Positions 26,740 through 36,126 of a DNA stretch of 64,000 nt are shown in pieces. The notes beneath the pieces are model-generated. The model saw nothing but the letters and a program-made list of their open reading frames with translations. It had not been told where the DNA came from and made no database searches. The DNA is from a virus. Numbering within the stretch: the first letter of the stretch is position 1; every line of letters begins with the position of its first letter. A program made the position numbers and the translations under genes. The stretch lies in IMG/VR virus record IMGVR_UViG_3300028597_000007; one strand, given 5' to 3'.

Positions 26740-27165
26740 ATGGACACACATTTCATTGGTAAAGTGGCGCTCGATGAGGTAATCGCTGACTTCCGTGATT
26801 ACCTGATTACCGAACGCGGCTTCAAAGAGTTGGCAGATGCTCTCCCCAACGAGTATCTGGCCCAAGAGTTTGAGTACATTGCAAAGGGTACAGTGAACCG
26901 TCACTACCTCAACATGCACGAACACCTGGAGCGCACCCGCGAGATCTTTACGTCGTTCAGTGATGAGACCGCCGCAGAAGCAGAAGACCTCGCCGACGAG
27001 ATGTACATCCTTCTACGCGATGAGTTTGGTCCAGGGTTCAGCAAAACCAAGGCAGTATACACGGTCAGTCGCGTCAACGACAATCTGTGCATTAATCTGT
27101 TAGCCTCTGGCGAAGCAGTCCACTACGGGATTGATCTTAAATCCCTTGCAGAACAGGTCTCCTGA
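26740..27165 (+). CDS. small acidic protein, possible array member (KVALDEVIADF)
   Basis: TGATG coupling to the polymerase. Confidence 0.75.
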   Translation: MDTHFIGKVALDEVIADFRDYLITERGFKELADALPNEYLAQEFEYIAKGTVNRHYLNMHEHLERTREIFTSFSDETAAEAEDLADEMYILLRDEFGPGFSKTKAVYTVSRVNDNLCINLLASGEAVHYGIDLKSLAEQVS

Positions 27166-29510
27166 TGGAACACTTCCTGCTGTCACCCGAGCAGTACCAG
27201 CGGGACCTGAACGTGGTCCGCACCTACATGCACGACAATGCCTTCTTCCTGACGAAGATGCGTGGCCGTGACTACGAGTACAACGTTGAGTGGATTCGCA
27301 AGACCATTGGTCGTGATGGTAAGTTCCCCATCAAGAACCCGCTCGTCACCATCATCGACAAGGATAAGAATGGTGACCGCTTCATCCGTAAGGTAGGTTA
27401 TCTCAACTACCTCAAGAACATCGTTGCCAAAGACCTCATCTGCGCCCCTTCCATGACCACCTATGTGCGTCCAGAAGTGCGCAAGTCCATGATGGGGGTT
27501 TACATCAACGGCAACATGGACCTGCGTAACGGTGCTAAGGCTGAGGCTCTCGAAGCTAAGCTGATGGCTTCCTCGTATGGTGGTAAGGTAGCCGAGCTGC
27601 TGGAGCAACCCCAAACTCCAGCTCGTGACGCAGCCCTGGCCGACTACGAACTCAAACAGGCCCAAGAGAAGAACAAGGCCGGTATTAAGAACAACGAACA
27701 GACCTCGCACAAGATCTTCAACAACGGGATCTCGGGCATGCAGACCATCGGGTCTACTCCGTTCGTTCTGGTATCCGCCCACTCCTCCCTGACATCTGGC
27801 TGTCGCTCCGCCGTGTCATACGGCAACGCCGCCATTGAACGTTTCGTTGCAGGTAGCCGTCACTACTGGTCGCCTGAAGTTGTGATTGCGCAGATACTTT
27901 CTATTTGCCGCAATACCAACTACGACAAACTGAAGAAGGTCATCGAGAAGTACAACCTGTACATCCCGACCCAGGAAGACATCATCGCCGCCATTCGTTA
28001 CTCGACCAGCCTGTATTGGTCACACGAGGAATCGATGGAAGAGATCGGTGAACTGGTTCAGACCCTGGACGGGTACGAGCGCGCTGCGTTCCTTTACACG
28101 GGTGACATGTATCACCTGCGTAAGTACAACGATGCGTTCATGAATGGTTTCCTGACCGAACTGGAAACAGTCGGCGGCGCCGATCACCCTGATCCAATCG
28201 CCGGTATCAAGAAGGTTAAAGGTGACCACAAGGCACTGGCTCTGATTCTGTGCTCTGAGGTAACTGCCGGTAAGTCGATCAAGGATATGATCGATAAGCA
28301 GGACCTGCAAGCGCTGGGCATGGTCTGCAATACCCATGCCAACATCATGGCTACCTTGGATAAGTACCATGACCTGATTGAGATCCTTTGGACTTCGCTC
28401 AACGTTCCGCCAAACATCAGCCGTACTCGTGACATTCGTCGCCGTTCGGTTGTAGGTTCCGACACTGACTCCTGTCTGTTCACTGTGCGCGAGTGGGTCA
28501 AGTGGAAGAACGGCGAAGCCTCGTTCAACAAACCATGCCAGGCTACTTGGCACTCGGTTGTGTTCTTGGCTTGCCAGGTTGTAACCCACACCCTCGCCTG
28601 TCTGTCTGCTGGCATGGGCGTGCGTGGTGAAGACGTCCTTAAGCTGGCAATGAAGAACGAATACGCCTTCTCGGCATTCGGCCTTACCAACATCGCCAAG
28701 CACTACGTTGCATCGATGATCGCTCAAGAAGGTGGCGTTTATACCAAAGCCGACTTGGAGATCAAAGGCGTTCAGTACAAGGACTCCAACTCCCCGCCAG
28801 AAATCATCGAAGAGGACAACGCGTATATCGAATCCGTCATGGATCAGATCTACGCAACTGGTCACTTTGAGATGATGCCAATCTTGAAGTCTATGGCGCA
28901 GACTGAAAAGAATGTGACTGAGTCCATCAAGAAGGGTGACACCAAGTACCTGAAGTCGGCTTACGTGCGTCCTAAGGAAGACTACAAAAAGCCAATGTCG
29001 TCAAACTACTTCCACTACCTTCTGTGGGAGAAAGCGTTCTCGCACAAGTACGGGGCCACGCCATCACTCCCGTACCGTGCTGTGAAAATCTCTGTTGATC
29101 TGCCGAACAAGACCGCCATCAAGAAGTGGGTCGACGGCATTGAAGACGACACCATGAGAAACGCTTTGTATGAGCTGTATGTGTACGGAGATGGTGGTGG
29201 TGCCGATGATGATGAGTTGGCGCCGGGTGAGATCAGTGCCAAGGAAGCGGACAGCGAGGAAACCACCGAGCAGCCCGAGGAAGCACCAAAGAGCAAAGAT
29301 GCTCCGATGAAGCCCAAGGTCAAGATCACATCGTTCCTGATGCCTCTGGACCTCGTGCAGTTGAACGGTATCCCAGAAGAGATTCTTCGGGTAGCAGACG
29401 TACGTCGTCAGACTTACTCGACGGTATCGCCCTTCTACCTGTGTGCTGAAACTCTGGGTTTGCCAATGATCAACGCCAACCTCACCACCCTCTTGTCAGA
29501 CATGCTCTAA
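27165..29510 (+). CDS. family-B DNA polymerase, catalytic half (phiKZ gp50-like)
   Basis: KIFNNGISG (motif B), SDTDS (motif C), KHY; synteny. Confidence 0.9.
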   Translation: MEHFLLSPEQYQRDLNVVRTYMHDNAFFLTKMRGRDYEYNVEWIRKTIGRDGKFPIKNPLVTIIDKDKNGDRFIRKVGYLNYLKNIVAKDLICAPSMTTYVRPEVRKSMMGVYINGNMDLRNGAKAEALEAKLMASSYGGKVAELLEQPQTPARDAALADYELKQAQEKNKAGIKNNEQTSHKIFNNGISGMQTIGSTPFVLVSAHSSLTSGCRSAVSYGNAAIERFVAGSRHYWSPEVVIAQILSICRNTNYDKLKKVIEKYNLYIPTQEDIIAAIRYSTSLYWSHEESMEEIGELVQTLDGYERAAFLYTGDMYHLRKYNDAFMNGFLTELETVGGADHPDPIAGIKKVKGDHKALALILCSEVTAGKSIKDMIDKQDLQALGMVCNTHANIMATLDKYHDLIEILWTSLNVPPNISRTRDIRRRSVVGSDTDSCLFTVREWVKWKNGEASFNKPCQATWHSVVFLACQVVTHTLACLSAGMGVRGEDVLKLAMKNEYAFSAFGLTNIAKHYVASMIAQEGGVYTKADLEIKGVQYKDSNSPPEIIEEDNAYIESVMDQIYATGHFEMMPILKSMAQTEKNVTESIKKGDTKYLKSAYVRPKEDYKKPMSSNYFHYLLWEKAFSHKYGATPSLPYRAVKISVDLPNKTAIKKWVDGIEDDTMRNALYELYVYGDGGGADDDELAPGEISAKEADSEETTEQPEEAPKSKDAPMKPKVKITSFLMPLDLVQLNGIPEEILRVADVRRQTYSTVSPFYLCAETLGLPMINANLTTLLSDML

Positions 29511-29523
29511 ATAACCCGGACTG

Positions 29524-29545
29524 AAACCTAGACTATCCATGTGAA
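29524..29545 (+). promoter_or_regulatory. phage promoter motif AAACCTAGACTATC-N4-TGAA
   Basis: Consensus match. Confidence 0.75.
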
Positions 29546-29596
29546 CTGTCTGGGTGATAAGTCCGGGCAATTCATTTGACGAGATAGGAGCATCTC

Positions 29597-29872
29597 ATGA
29601 AAGGTTATTTCCATTTCCGTGGAATCCGTTCTTTGACTTTAGGGCAGTCATTGGACGGGGAGCGTAACCCCAAGTTCGACGTAGTGCTGGAACCTGGTGC
29701 TGAAATCTTCGATGCTGCTACAGTTGTCGATGGGGAACCATCCGAGTATCTGTACGTGTTCGGTGACGTCAGGCATCATGCCTACCTTTACGACGAGAAA
29801 GAAAACGATAAGGATGCCTACCGCGAAGTTATCCGGCAATGGCAAGCCTTCAAAGAAAAGGAGTGTGTATAG
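29597..29872 (+). CDS. small acidic hypothetical protein
   Basis: RBS AGGAG. Confidence 0.75.
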   Translation: MKGYFHFRGIRSLTLGQSLDGERNPKFDVVLEPGAEIFDAATVVDGEPSEYLYVFGDVRHHAYLYDEKENDKDAYREVIRQWQAFKEKECV

Positions 29873-30076
29873 TTGAATCCGATAGAGGCGATTGCCTTCA
29901 TCATGGCCTTAGTCATCGAAGCTGGTAAAAAGCTCTGCATGGTTCTGGGCATCTTGCTGTACGTTTGCTTTGCAGTTTATCAGCCGTTGGCTGCACTGAT
30001 CTGCATCGTTGTCTTCTTTGCCGCCAAACCCCATGTGGTGAAGTGGTATCGTAAACGGCGGCAAGAAGAATGTTGA
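29873..30076 (+). CDS. small membrane protein with a basic C-tail
   Basis: TTG after AAGGAG; long hydrophobic segments; ends KWYRKRRQEEC. Confidence 0.7.
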   Translation: MNPIEAIAFIMALVIEAGKKLCMVLGILLYVCFAVYQPLAALICIVVFFAAKPHVVKWYRKRRQEEC

Positions 30077-30171
30077 AGTGGGCGACTCGAATCGCGATGG
30101 CCATATTGGTGATCGAGTTGATTATCGTGGTTCCTCCGGCTTTATACTGGTGGGCCACGATTCTGCTTTGA
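30070..30171 (+). CDS. 33-aa membrane peptide MLKWATRIAMAILVIELIIVVPPALYWWATILL (absent from the ORF track)
   Basis: ATG overlaps the preceding stop region; TGA directly abuts the terminator; single hydrophobic helix. Confidence 0.6.
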   Translation: MLKWATRIAMAILVIELIIVVPPALYWWATILL

Positions 30172-30172
30172 C

Positions 30173-30215
30173 GGCATACTGCCCCTGCCTTCTGGCAGGG
30201 GCAGCGCTTTATGCC
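30173..30215. terminator. bidirectional terminator with GGCATA/TATGCC flanks
   Basis: CTGCCCCTGCC-TTCT-GGCAGGGGCAG between convergent genes. Confidence 0.85.
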
Positions 30216-31339
30216 ATTGCTTGAGTAAGTAGTGCATCCAGCTTCAAGGTTACGTCCTGAAGCGTGCGGCGGTCCAATGCAGAGGACATGCCATTCGCTC
30301 CAGTGACGCGACCAATGATTCGGCGGATGTCATTGATGGGATACATCTTCGAATGGTTCGGTTCTACTCGCCCCAATGCCCAAAGGTAGCGGAGCAAGTT
30401 GTAACGACCCAGTACCAACGCCCAAGTCACTTGAGCAGTTGGAGCATACTGACCAACCGAAGTCGCTCGCCCCAGAGTACCAACCAGGGGAACAGGCAGG
30501 GTACCAATGAGCTTCTCAAAGGTCGTCTGTTTGGAGAGCATTATTTTGGTAAAGGTCTCGAAGATCTTCTGACCAGATGCCGTTCGATCGATGTAACTTT
30601 TCGAAAGGCGGACTGGAACATTGTTGACGGGCAGACCTTCTGCAATGGCGCAGCAGCGGTTCATGATGGCGATAGCGTACTGGCTGAATTTCAGACGGGG
30701 CAATACGTGCATCGCCACATACATCTGCGGGGTACGCTTGTACTTCTCCTCGCTGGCCAGCTGCTCCCGCATCCAGAGGGTGTACTGCAACATCAACAGC
30801 CCAAGGTCAATCTCGATAACATCCAACCCTAGCCCGATGAGGTCTTCGCTTTCAGCGTTGTTCCCCAGGGTAAGGTTGGTGGAGTCATGACTCAGGAACC
30901 GGATGGGATTCATGTCCCAGTAAGGCGTCGACCGCGTGACACCACGGCGGAACGGCGACTCACCGATCAGGTAGACTGTCTTGTTGCCAGAGTCACCAAT
31001 GTGAATGCGCCCTGCGTTCGATTGCGACGTGAACCCAAAGGTCATGGCGATCTCATTTGCGAGATAACCCGACCTGCGATAAATGTCTTCAACTGTGCGC
31101 GAAAGGTCGTAGCCCACTTTCTGGGCAAGGGTGGTAAGCATGCTGACCATCCAATGATCAGCGGGTACGTCAGACACATCCGTGGCCCTCCATTTAAGGT
31201 AGGCTTGGATGTCCTGCGTGTAGTTCTCGATGAACTGCCTGGATGCTCCCACAGGCGAGACTTCAACGTCTTCTGGTAGCGATCCGCCGGTGAGATCAAA
31301 CATTGGGGGAATCCTTTTGGGCGGTGTGTGAGGGGTCAA
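30209..31339 (-). CDS. conserved chimallivirus core protein (phiKZ gp52-like)
   Basis: 376 aa, divergent from chimallin, same synteny as phiKZ. Confidence 0.7.
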   Translation of the reverse strand: MTPHTPPKRIPPMFDLTGGSLPEDVEVSPVGASRQFIENYTQDIQAYLKWRATDVSDVPADHWMVSMLTTLAQKVGYDLSRTVEDIYRRSGYLANEIAMTFGFTSQSNAGRIHIGDSGNKTVYLIGESPFRRGVTRSTPYWDMNPIRFLSHDSTNLTLGNNAESEDLIGLGLDVIEIDLGLLMLQYTLWMREQLASEEKYKRTPQMYVAMHVLPRLKFSQYAIAIMNRCCAIAEGLPVNNVPVRLSKSYIDRTASGQKIFETFTKIMLSKQTTFEKLIGTLPVPLVGTLGRATSVGQYAPTAQVTWALVLGRYNLLRYLWALGRVEPNHSKMYPINDIRRIIGRVTGANGMSSALDRRTLQDVTLKLDALLTQAMA

Positions 31340-31465
31340 AAGATAGACCAGCGTGTTAAACTCACACAGGTGTTCCTATGGTATAGCTAGAAAGCTCTCC
31401 GCACTGAAAGGTGCATTAACCCTTTGCCGCCGGTTTAGAATAATGGCATGAAATAAACTCTTCTC

Positions 31466-31487
31466 AGAACTGAATTATCATTGTGAA
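31466..31487 (+). promoter_or_regulatory. chimallin promoter motif AGAACTGAATTATC-N4-TGAA
   Basis: Consensus match 56 nt upstream of the chmA start. Confidence 0.8.
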
Positions 31488-31542
31488 TCGTTCTGGGGAT
31501 TGATGATTCATGGCCACCTAAATCCCTCTAAGGAGACGGATA

Positions 31543-33540
31543 ATGTCCGTTGAAAAGAAGCAAAGCGCATCGGGTGGTAACATCATGGCAGAAGCCTTTA
31601 AAAGGGCCGGCCTTGACACCCAAGCGCAAGTGGAGCCTGCGACGTCTGCAGCGAAGCCCGCTGTGGATATCCAGGAACCTGCAGTACGACAACAGCCAGC
31701 CCAGCAACGCGAAGCTATTGTCGATCAATCTATTAACGTTAATAAGGACAGCATCACCATGAGCAACACTGATCAATACACCCAAGGTCGCCGCGACGCA
31801 AAATCGTTCAACACCCTGAACGACCTGGGCGCTCGTCGCCTGCGTCCTCTGTCGCGCTCTGCCGGCTCCGTCCGTGCCAAAGAGCTGCAGACTGCAATCG
31901 AGAAAGAACTGAAGGCCGGTCTGAAGGCTGACGGTGTTTCCGAATGGGCCGTGCAGATCATGGACGCCGCCCAGCTGAACCTGCCGACTTCGTCGGTTGT
32001 TCTGCTGATGACCGTCAAGACCTCCGACGCCGAGCACGTCGGCATGTACTCGTTCCTGATCGACGGCGCAGACATCCGTCTGACTCCGAAGGTCGACAAG
32101 GTCGATGGCCGTGCCTACGAGACCCCGATCGTCATCGGCGACATCTACAACAGCCAGGACTACATCACCCGCGCCACCGAGCTGGTCACTCAGACCCGCC
32201 AGGGCCGTGCGATCAACCTGATCGACGCCGGTGCCGTGATCCTGCCTGCCGCCTACAACATCGAAACCAACGGCGTGTACAACCTGCTGTACAAGGCCAC
32301 CCTGGCACTGTACAACACCCTGAACTACGTCGTTCAGCTCGATGACCAACCAGCCTACACCCTGGCCGGTCGTAACCAAGGCGGCGAGCAACTGGTCGGC
32401 CGTCTGAACTTCGGCGGCGAGCGTTACGTCGACGAAGTCGGCATGCCGCAGCGTCACGACGTTATCGTCGAGATGGATTCGGTCCGCAACCAGCAGAACC
32501 GCGACTTCGCCGGCGCCTCCAGCAACATCACCAAGGTTGCCGGTTACATGGAGCCGGTGTACGCGCAGCCTGACCCGCAGAACCCTGCCAACAACCAGCC
32601 GTTCTTCAACCAGATGGTGATCACCCAGATCGCCTCCGGCTTCGACGCGCAGGAAGTTGAAATGTCCCTGCTGGGCCTGGTCACTGCGACCATGGTGCAG
32701 ATCCGCAATGGCTGGGCTGACGCCTACCTGCCGCGCTTCGCCAACCAGGGCAAGGAGCTGAACTTCCGTGACGTCGGCGCCCTGGGCTTCTGCGTACCGG
32801 AAAATGCTCGTATCGACACCAAGGCTGCCAGCTTCAAGGAAAACTTCGGCAACTTCATGCGCGATTTCTTCCGCCTGAACGCCGGTGTGATCTTCGCGAT
32901 CGATATCCCAGAAGTCGGTCCTGACGCCTTCATCATGGACATCTTCCGCGCTGCTGCCTCGGGCAACGGCAACGCCATCAAGGCGCTGACCGATGCGTGC
33001 AACAACCTGACCGGTGGTATCTACGGCCAGAAAGCTGCAGCCATCGGTGGTGGCTTCCCGCTGTTCATCGATACCGGCAACCGCATCCACAACGGTTACT
33101 ACGCTTCCGAAACCGGCGAGCTGCGTGACATTCGTGATGTGGACCTGCTGGCCGTCGCCAACGTCCTGGGCAAGACCAACCCACAGGCGCTCATCGACTA
33201 CGCTGATTCGTTCGCTGCCGGCACCGCCCAAGCGCCGATCCGTATGTCCAAGCGTTTGGCCATCATCGACGACGTGCTGCAAGGTCGTCAGGTGATCACT
33301 GGCTACTCCGGCCGCTACATCATCGGCCCTGTGTTCCTGCGCGTCCTGTCGGAAGCCTGCCAAGCCTGCGGCCTGGTTGTCAACCCAGCGAACATGGTTC
33401 ACGGTCTGGGTTCGGGTCAGGTCCTGGGTGGCTACGACTACGGCGCATTCGCAGCTGGTGCTGCTGGTGCTGGCGTGTTCAACGGCGGTGGCAACACCGC
33501 GGCCAACACCGCTGCTTACGGCGGTCGTTCGGTCTGGTAA
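31543..33540 (+). CDS. chmA: chimallin, major phage nuclear shell protein (phiKZ gp54-like)
   Basis: Sits between the gp52-like gene and nvRNAP beta-prime N; 665 aa; extreme codon bias; Gly/Ala-rich C-tail; RBS AAGGAG. Confidence 0.9.
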   Translation: MSVEKKQSASGGNIMAEAFKRAGLDTQAQVEPATSAAKPAVDIQEPAVRQQPAQQREAIVDQSINVNKDSITMSNTDQYTQGRRDAKSFNTLNDLGARRLRPLSRSAGSVRAKELQTAIEKELKAGLKADGVSEWAVQIMDAAQLNLPTSSVVLLMTVKTSDAEHVGMYSFLIDGADIRLTPKVDKVDGRAYETPIVIGDIYNSQDYITRATELVTQTRQGRAINLIDAGAVILPAAYNIETNGVYNLLYKATLALYNTLNYVVQLDDQPAYTLAGRNQGGEQLVGRLNFGGERYVDEVGMPQRHDVIVEMDSVRNQQNRDFAGASSNITKVAGYMEPVYAQPDPQNPANNQPFFNQMVITQIASGFDAQEVEMSLLGLVTATMVQIRNGWADAYLPRFANQGKELNFRDVGALGFCVPENARIDTKAASFKENFGNFMRDFFRLNAGVIFAIDIPEVGPDAFIMDIFRAAASGNGNAIKALTDACNNLTGGIYGQKAAAIGGGFPLFIDTGNRIHNGYYASETGELRDIRDVDLLAVANVLGKTNPQALIDYADSFAAGTAQAPIRMSKRLAIIDDVLQGRQVITGYSGRYIIGPVFLRVLSEACQACGLVVNPANMVHGLGSGQVLGGYDYGAFAAGAAGAGVFNGGGNTAANTAAYGGRSVW

Positions 33541-33544
33541 GGAA

Positions 33545-33725
33545 TTCGGCAGACGCCTCCTAGGGGGGCGCCTAGCTGGATAGCTGTTGGTTGACCTAAA
33601 ACAAACTGCGTCATTCGGGGGTGGCTCCTCATTGGGATAAATCGACCGACAGCGAACAGGATGCAACGAAAGCCGCTTAGCCGAAGGCTAGGCAAAGATC
33701 ATGGGTAGGCTGCCCAGTTGTATCC
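33545..33725 (+). ncRNA. candidate structured RNA or 3' element between chmA and its terminator
   Basis: 12-bp helix 33583-94/33642-53, 9-bp helix 33659-67/33717-25, plus internal hairpins; no credible ORF. Confidence 0.5.
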
Positions 33726-33777
33726 GGGTATAGCCGCCCTCCGGGGCGGCTTTACTTATGCCCCAATTTACTTTTTA
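33726..33777 (+). terminator. chmA terminator
   Basis: GCCGCCC-TCCG-GGGCGGC followed by TTTACTTATGCC and T-rich sequence. Confidence 0.8.
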
Positions 33778-33791
33778 TGGGAGATTAGGCG

Positions 33792-35300
33792 GTGGGACTA
33801 TATGCCTACGTTGTTGACCATAAGGAGATCCTCCAGACAATGGAAGAGCCTCCGATGGTGGTCAATGATCTCAACTTGGACTTCGGTACCAAAGAGGGCA
33901 AAGACCAGCTGGCCATGTACCTGTCGTTTCAATTCGACGGTGACGTGATTCCTGCGGTCCCAACCTGTCTGGGTGGCCACATTGGCGGTGAGGATAAGCT
34001 CGGCGTCAAGTGCAAGATCTGTGACACCCGTGTAGCCAACCTGGTTGATCGTGCAGTAGACCAAGGGGTATGGATTCGTCCGCCGGAAGGTGTGAAGGGA
34101 TTCATCAACCCTGAAGTCTGGAACGTGCTATCGCCACGGCTGACCCCGCTCAAGTCGTTCTCGATGATGAGCTGGGTGTGTGACCCCAACTACAGCGAAA
34201 CGCTGCCAGCGTACCAAGGCGTGCTCGAAGAGTACAAGAAGGTGCACAAGCGTGGTATGAACTACGTGCTGGAAAACTTCGATGAGGTAATCCGCTTCAT
34301 CATCACATCGAAGCTCTGTAGTAAGCTGTCGATGCAGGACAAGGCTGACATCCAGCTCTTCCTGCTGCAGAACCGCGACAAGGTAGTTCAGCAGTATCTT
34401 CCGCTGCCGAGTTCCATCTTCGTGGTTTCTGAAAAGACAGCGATGGGTACTTACGCCGACGAAAAGACGCCGGCGTTGTTGGATGCGATCTACATGATCA
34501 CCTCCACCTACGGTTCTGCCATTGCGCTGAACCAGCGTCAACGTGAATCGCACACAGCCCGGTTCATGGCTGCGATTGGTCCGTGTTACCAGAACATCTG
34601 TACCAAGTTCATCGGTAGCAAGTATGGTCTGATCCGTCGCCAGCTGATCGGTTCGCGTCTGCACTTCACTGGTCGTGGTGTAATCACCTCCATCAGCGAT
34701 GCGCATCATTACGAAGAGATCCACGTCCCATGGGCCTTCGCAGTGCAGATCCTCGAACCACACCTGCAATCCAAGCTGATGCGTCGCGGCATGTCTGCGA
34801 ACGAAGCGTTGGAGTTCCTCGAAGACCACACGCTGCAATGGCATCCACTGCTGCGCCAACTGTTCGACGAGCTGATTGCAGAAGCTCCACCGATCGACGA
34901 CTTCCCACCAGGGATCTTCGAAGATCTGGACGAAGACCCATCGCTGCTGCGTGGCATCCCATGCCTGTTCCAGCGTAACCCTTCGTTGACCCGCCTGTCG
35001 GCACAATGCTTGCGCATTACCCGAATCAAAGACGATGTCGAGGATTACACGATCTCGGTTTCGAACATGATCCTGGTGAGCTGGAACGCCGACTACGATG
35101 GCGACGAACTGAACATGCTGCTCTGCCTCGACAAGAAGATGCTGAGCTGGTTCAACCGTTTCCGTCCACACCTGGGCATGCGTTCGCTGAGAGAGCCACG
35201 CGCACTGTCCGACAACCAGAAAATCCACGCACCAGTAGCCGCCACCTGGGCGCACTACGTGCACCACTCTGAACGTAAGGCACCCCCAAGCGTTCATTAG
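33792..35300 (+). CDS. non-virion RNA polymerase beta-prime subunit, N-terminal part (phiKZ gp55-like)
   Basis: Catalytic NADYDGD, FQRNPSL, GSRLHFTGRGVI, Zn-binding Cys residues. Confidence 0.92.
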   Translation: MGLYAYVVDHKEILQTMEEPPMVVNDLNLDFGTKEGKDQLAMYLSFQFDGDVIPAVPTCLGGHIGGEDKLGVKCKICDTRVANLVDRAVDQGVWIRPPEGVKGFINPEVWNVLSPRLTPLKSFSMMSWVCDPNYSETLPAYQGVLEEYKKVHKRGMNYVLENFDEVIRFIITSKLCSKLSMQDKADIQLFLLQNRDKVVQQYLPLPSSIFVVSEKTAMGTYADEKTPALLDAIYMITSTYGSAIALNQRQRESHTARFMAAIGPCYQNICTKFIGSKYGLIRRQLIGSRLHFTGRGVITSISDAHHYEEIHVPWAFAVQILEPHLQSKLMRRGMSANEALEFLEDHTLQWHPLLRQLFDELIAEAPPIDDFPPGIFEDLDEDPSLLRGIPCLFQRNPSLTRLSAQCLRITRIKDDVEDYTISVSNMILVSWNADYDGDELNMLLCLDKKMLSWFNRFRPHLGMRSLREPRALSDNQKIHAPVAATWAHYVHHSERKAPPSVH

Positions 35301-35314
35301 TCAGGAGCAAATGC

Positions 35315-35692
35315 ATGAAACAGTTGGGCCCCATTCTGACCAGCGTCGTGCAGGAACAAACTGAACACCAGGACGCGTCCATCCAGGGCATGATCTCGGA
35401 AAGTGATGCAGTCAACTCCGTCATCGACGGCGTGACCATCGTTGTCCTGGAGAAGCTCGCCATGGCAACTGCTCTGGCCATTCCGATGGCACTGAGCGAT
35501 GGCAAGAAGGTCGACCTGAGTAAGATCCAACGGGGTCGAGTAAAGATTGTAGAAGGTCTGCTGGAAATGCTGGAAGGCCAGGAAGAACTCCTGGAATTCG
35601 TCGGCGAAGAGCAGGTCCTCGGTGACGCTGATGTGCTGGCCGCACTCCGCGAATTCATCGACTACAACACCCCAGAAAAGGAGGCAGCATGA
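35315..35692 (+). CDS. small acidic helical protein
   Basis: RBS AGGAG. Confidence 0.75.
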   Translation: MKQLGPILTSVVQEQTEHQDASIQGMISESDAVNSVIDGVTIVVLEKLAMATALAIPMALSDGKKVDLSKIQRGRVKIVEGLLEMLEGQEELLEFVGEEQVLGDADVLAALREFIDYNTPEKEAA

Positions 35693-36126
35693 GTCTCGAA
35701 AAATACAGTACCCTGCACAAGTACGTGCAGCGTATCGCGGAAGATGACCTGTGCGAAGAGCAGGACGATGCCGCGGCAGTGGCCTACGGCGTAGGTCAAG
35801 TCGTGTGCGCGGTTGGCAACACCATCCAGGCCGCCGCCCAGCGCCTGTACAATGCCAACAACCCGGAAGCCGTGCAGAACTTCCATGCCGGGGTTAGCAT
35901 GATCGCTGACCATGTCAAGCAGATGGCTGAAGAAGTCAGTGAGATGGTTGCCCCATTCGCCGAAGTTACCGACGGCGTCATGGGCGGCGCACTGGCCAAT
36001 GAAGCCGCCATGTTCAACGACGGTGTCCACAACACCCTGCTGAACGAAGCACAGCTGTTCCTCAGCGAGCACCTCGTAGCTGAAGCGAACAAAACCCACG
36101 GCGAAGCGCCTAAGGAAGCACAATGA
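35689..36126 (+). CDS. small acidic helical protein, paralog of 36123-36548
   Basis: RBS AGGAGG; KYxxLH motif. Confidence 0.8.
   Translation: MSLEKYSTLHKYVQRIAEDDLCEEQDDAAAVAYGVGQVVCAVGNTIQAAAQRLYNANNPEAVQNFHAGVSMIADHVKQMAEEVSEMVAPFAEVTDGVMGGALANEAAMFNDGVHNTLLNEAQLFLSEHLVAEANKTHGEAPKEAQ

Noticed and set aside
29873-30076. Holin assignment
   Set aside because: Under an early-type promoter with no endolysin nearby; left as a generic membrane protein
31528-33666. 712-aa antisense ORF over chimallin
   Set aside because: Same codon-bias artefact; exactly mirrors the sense frame
33545-33725. RNase P or group I intron identity for the post-chimallin RNA
   Set aside because: Too short and lacks the conserved core motifs; flanking genes are intact
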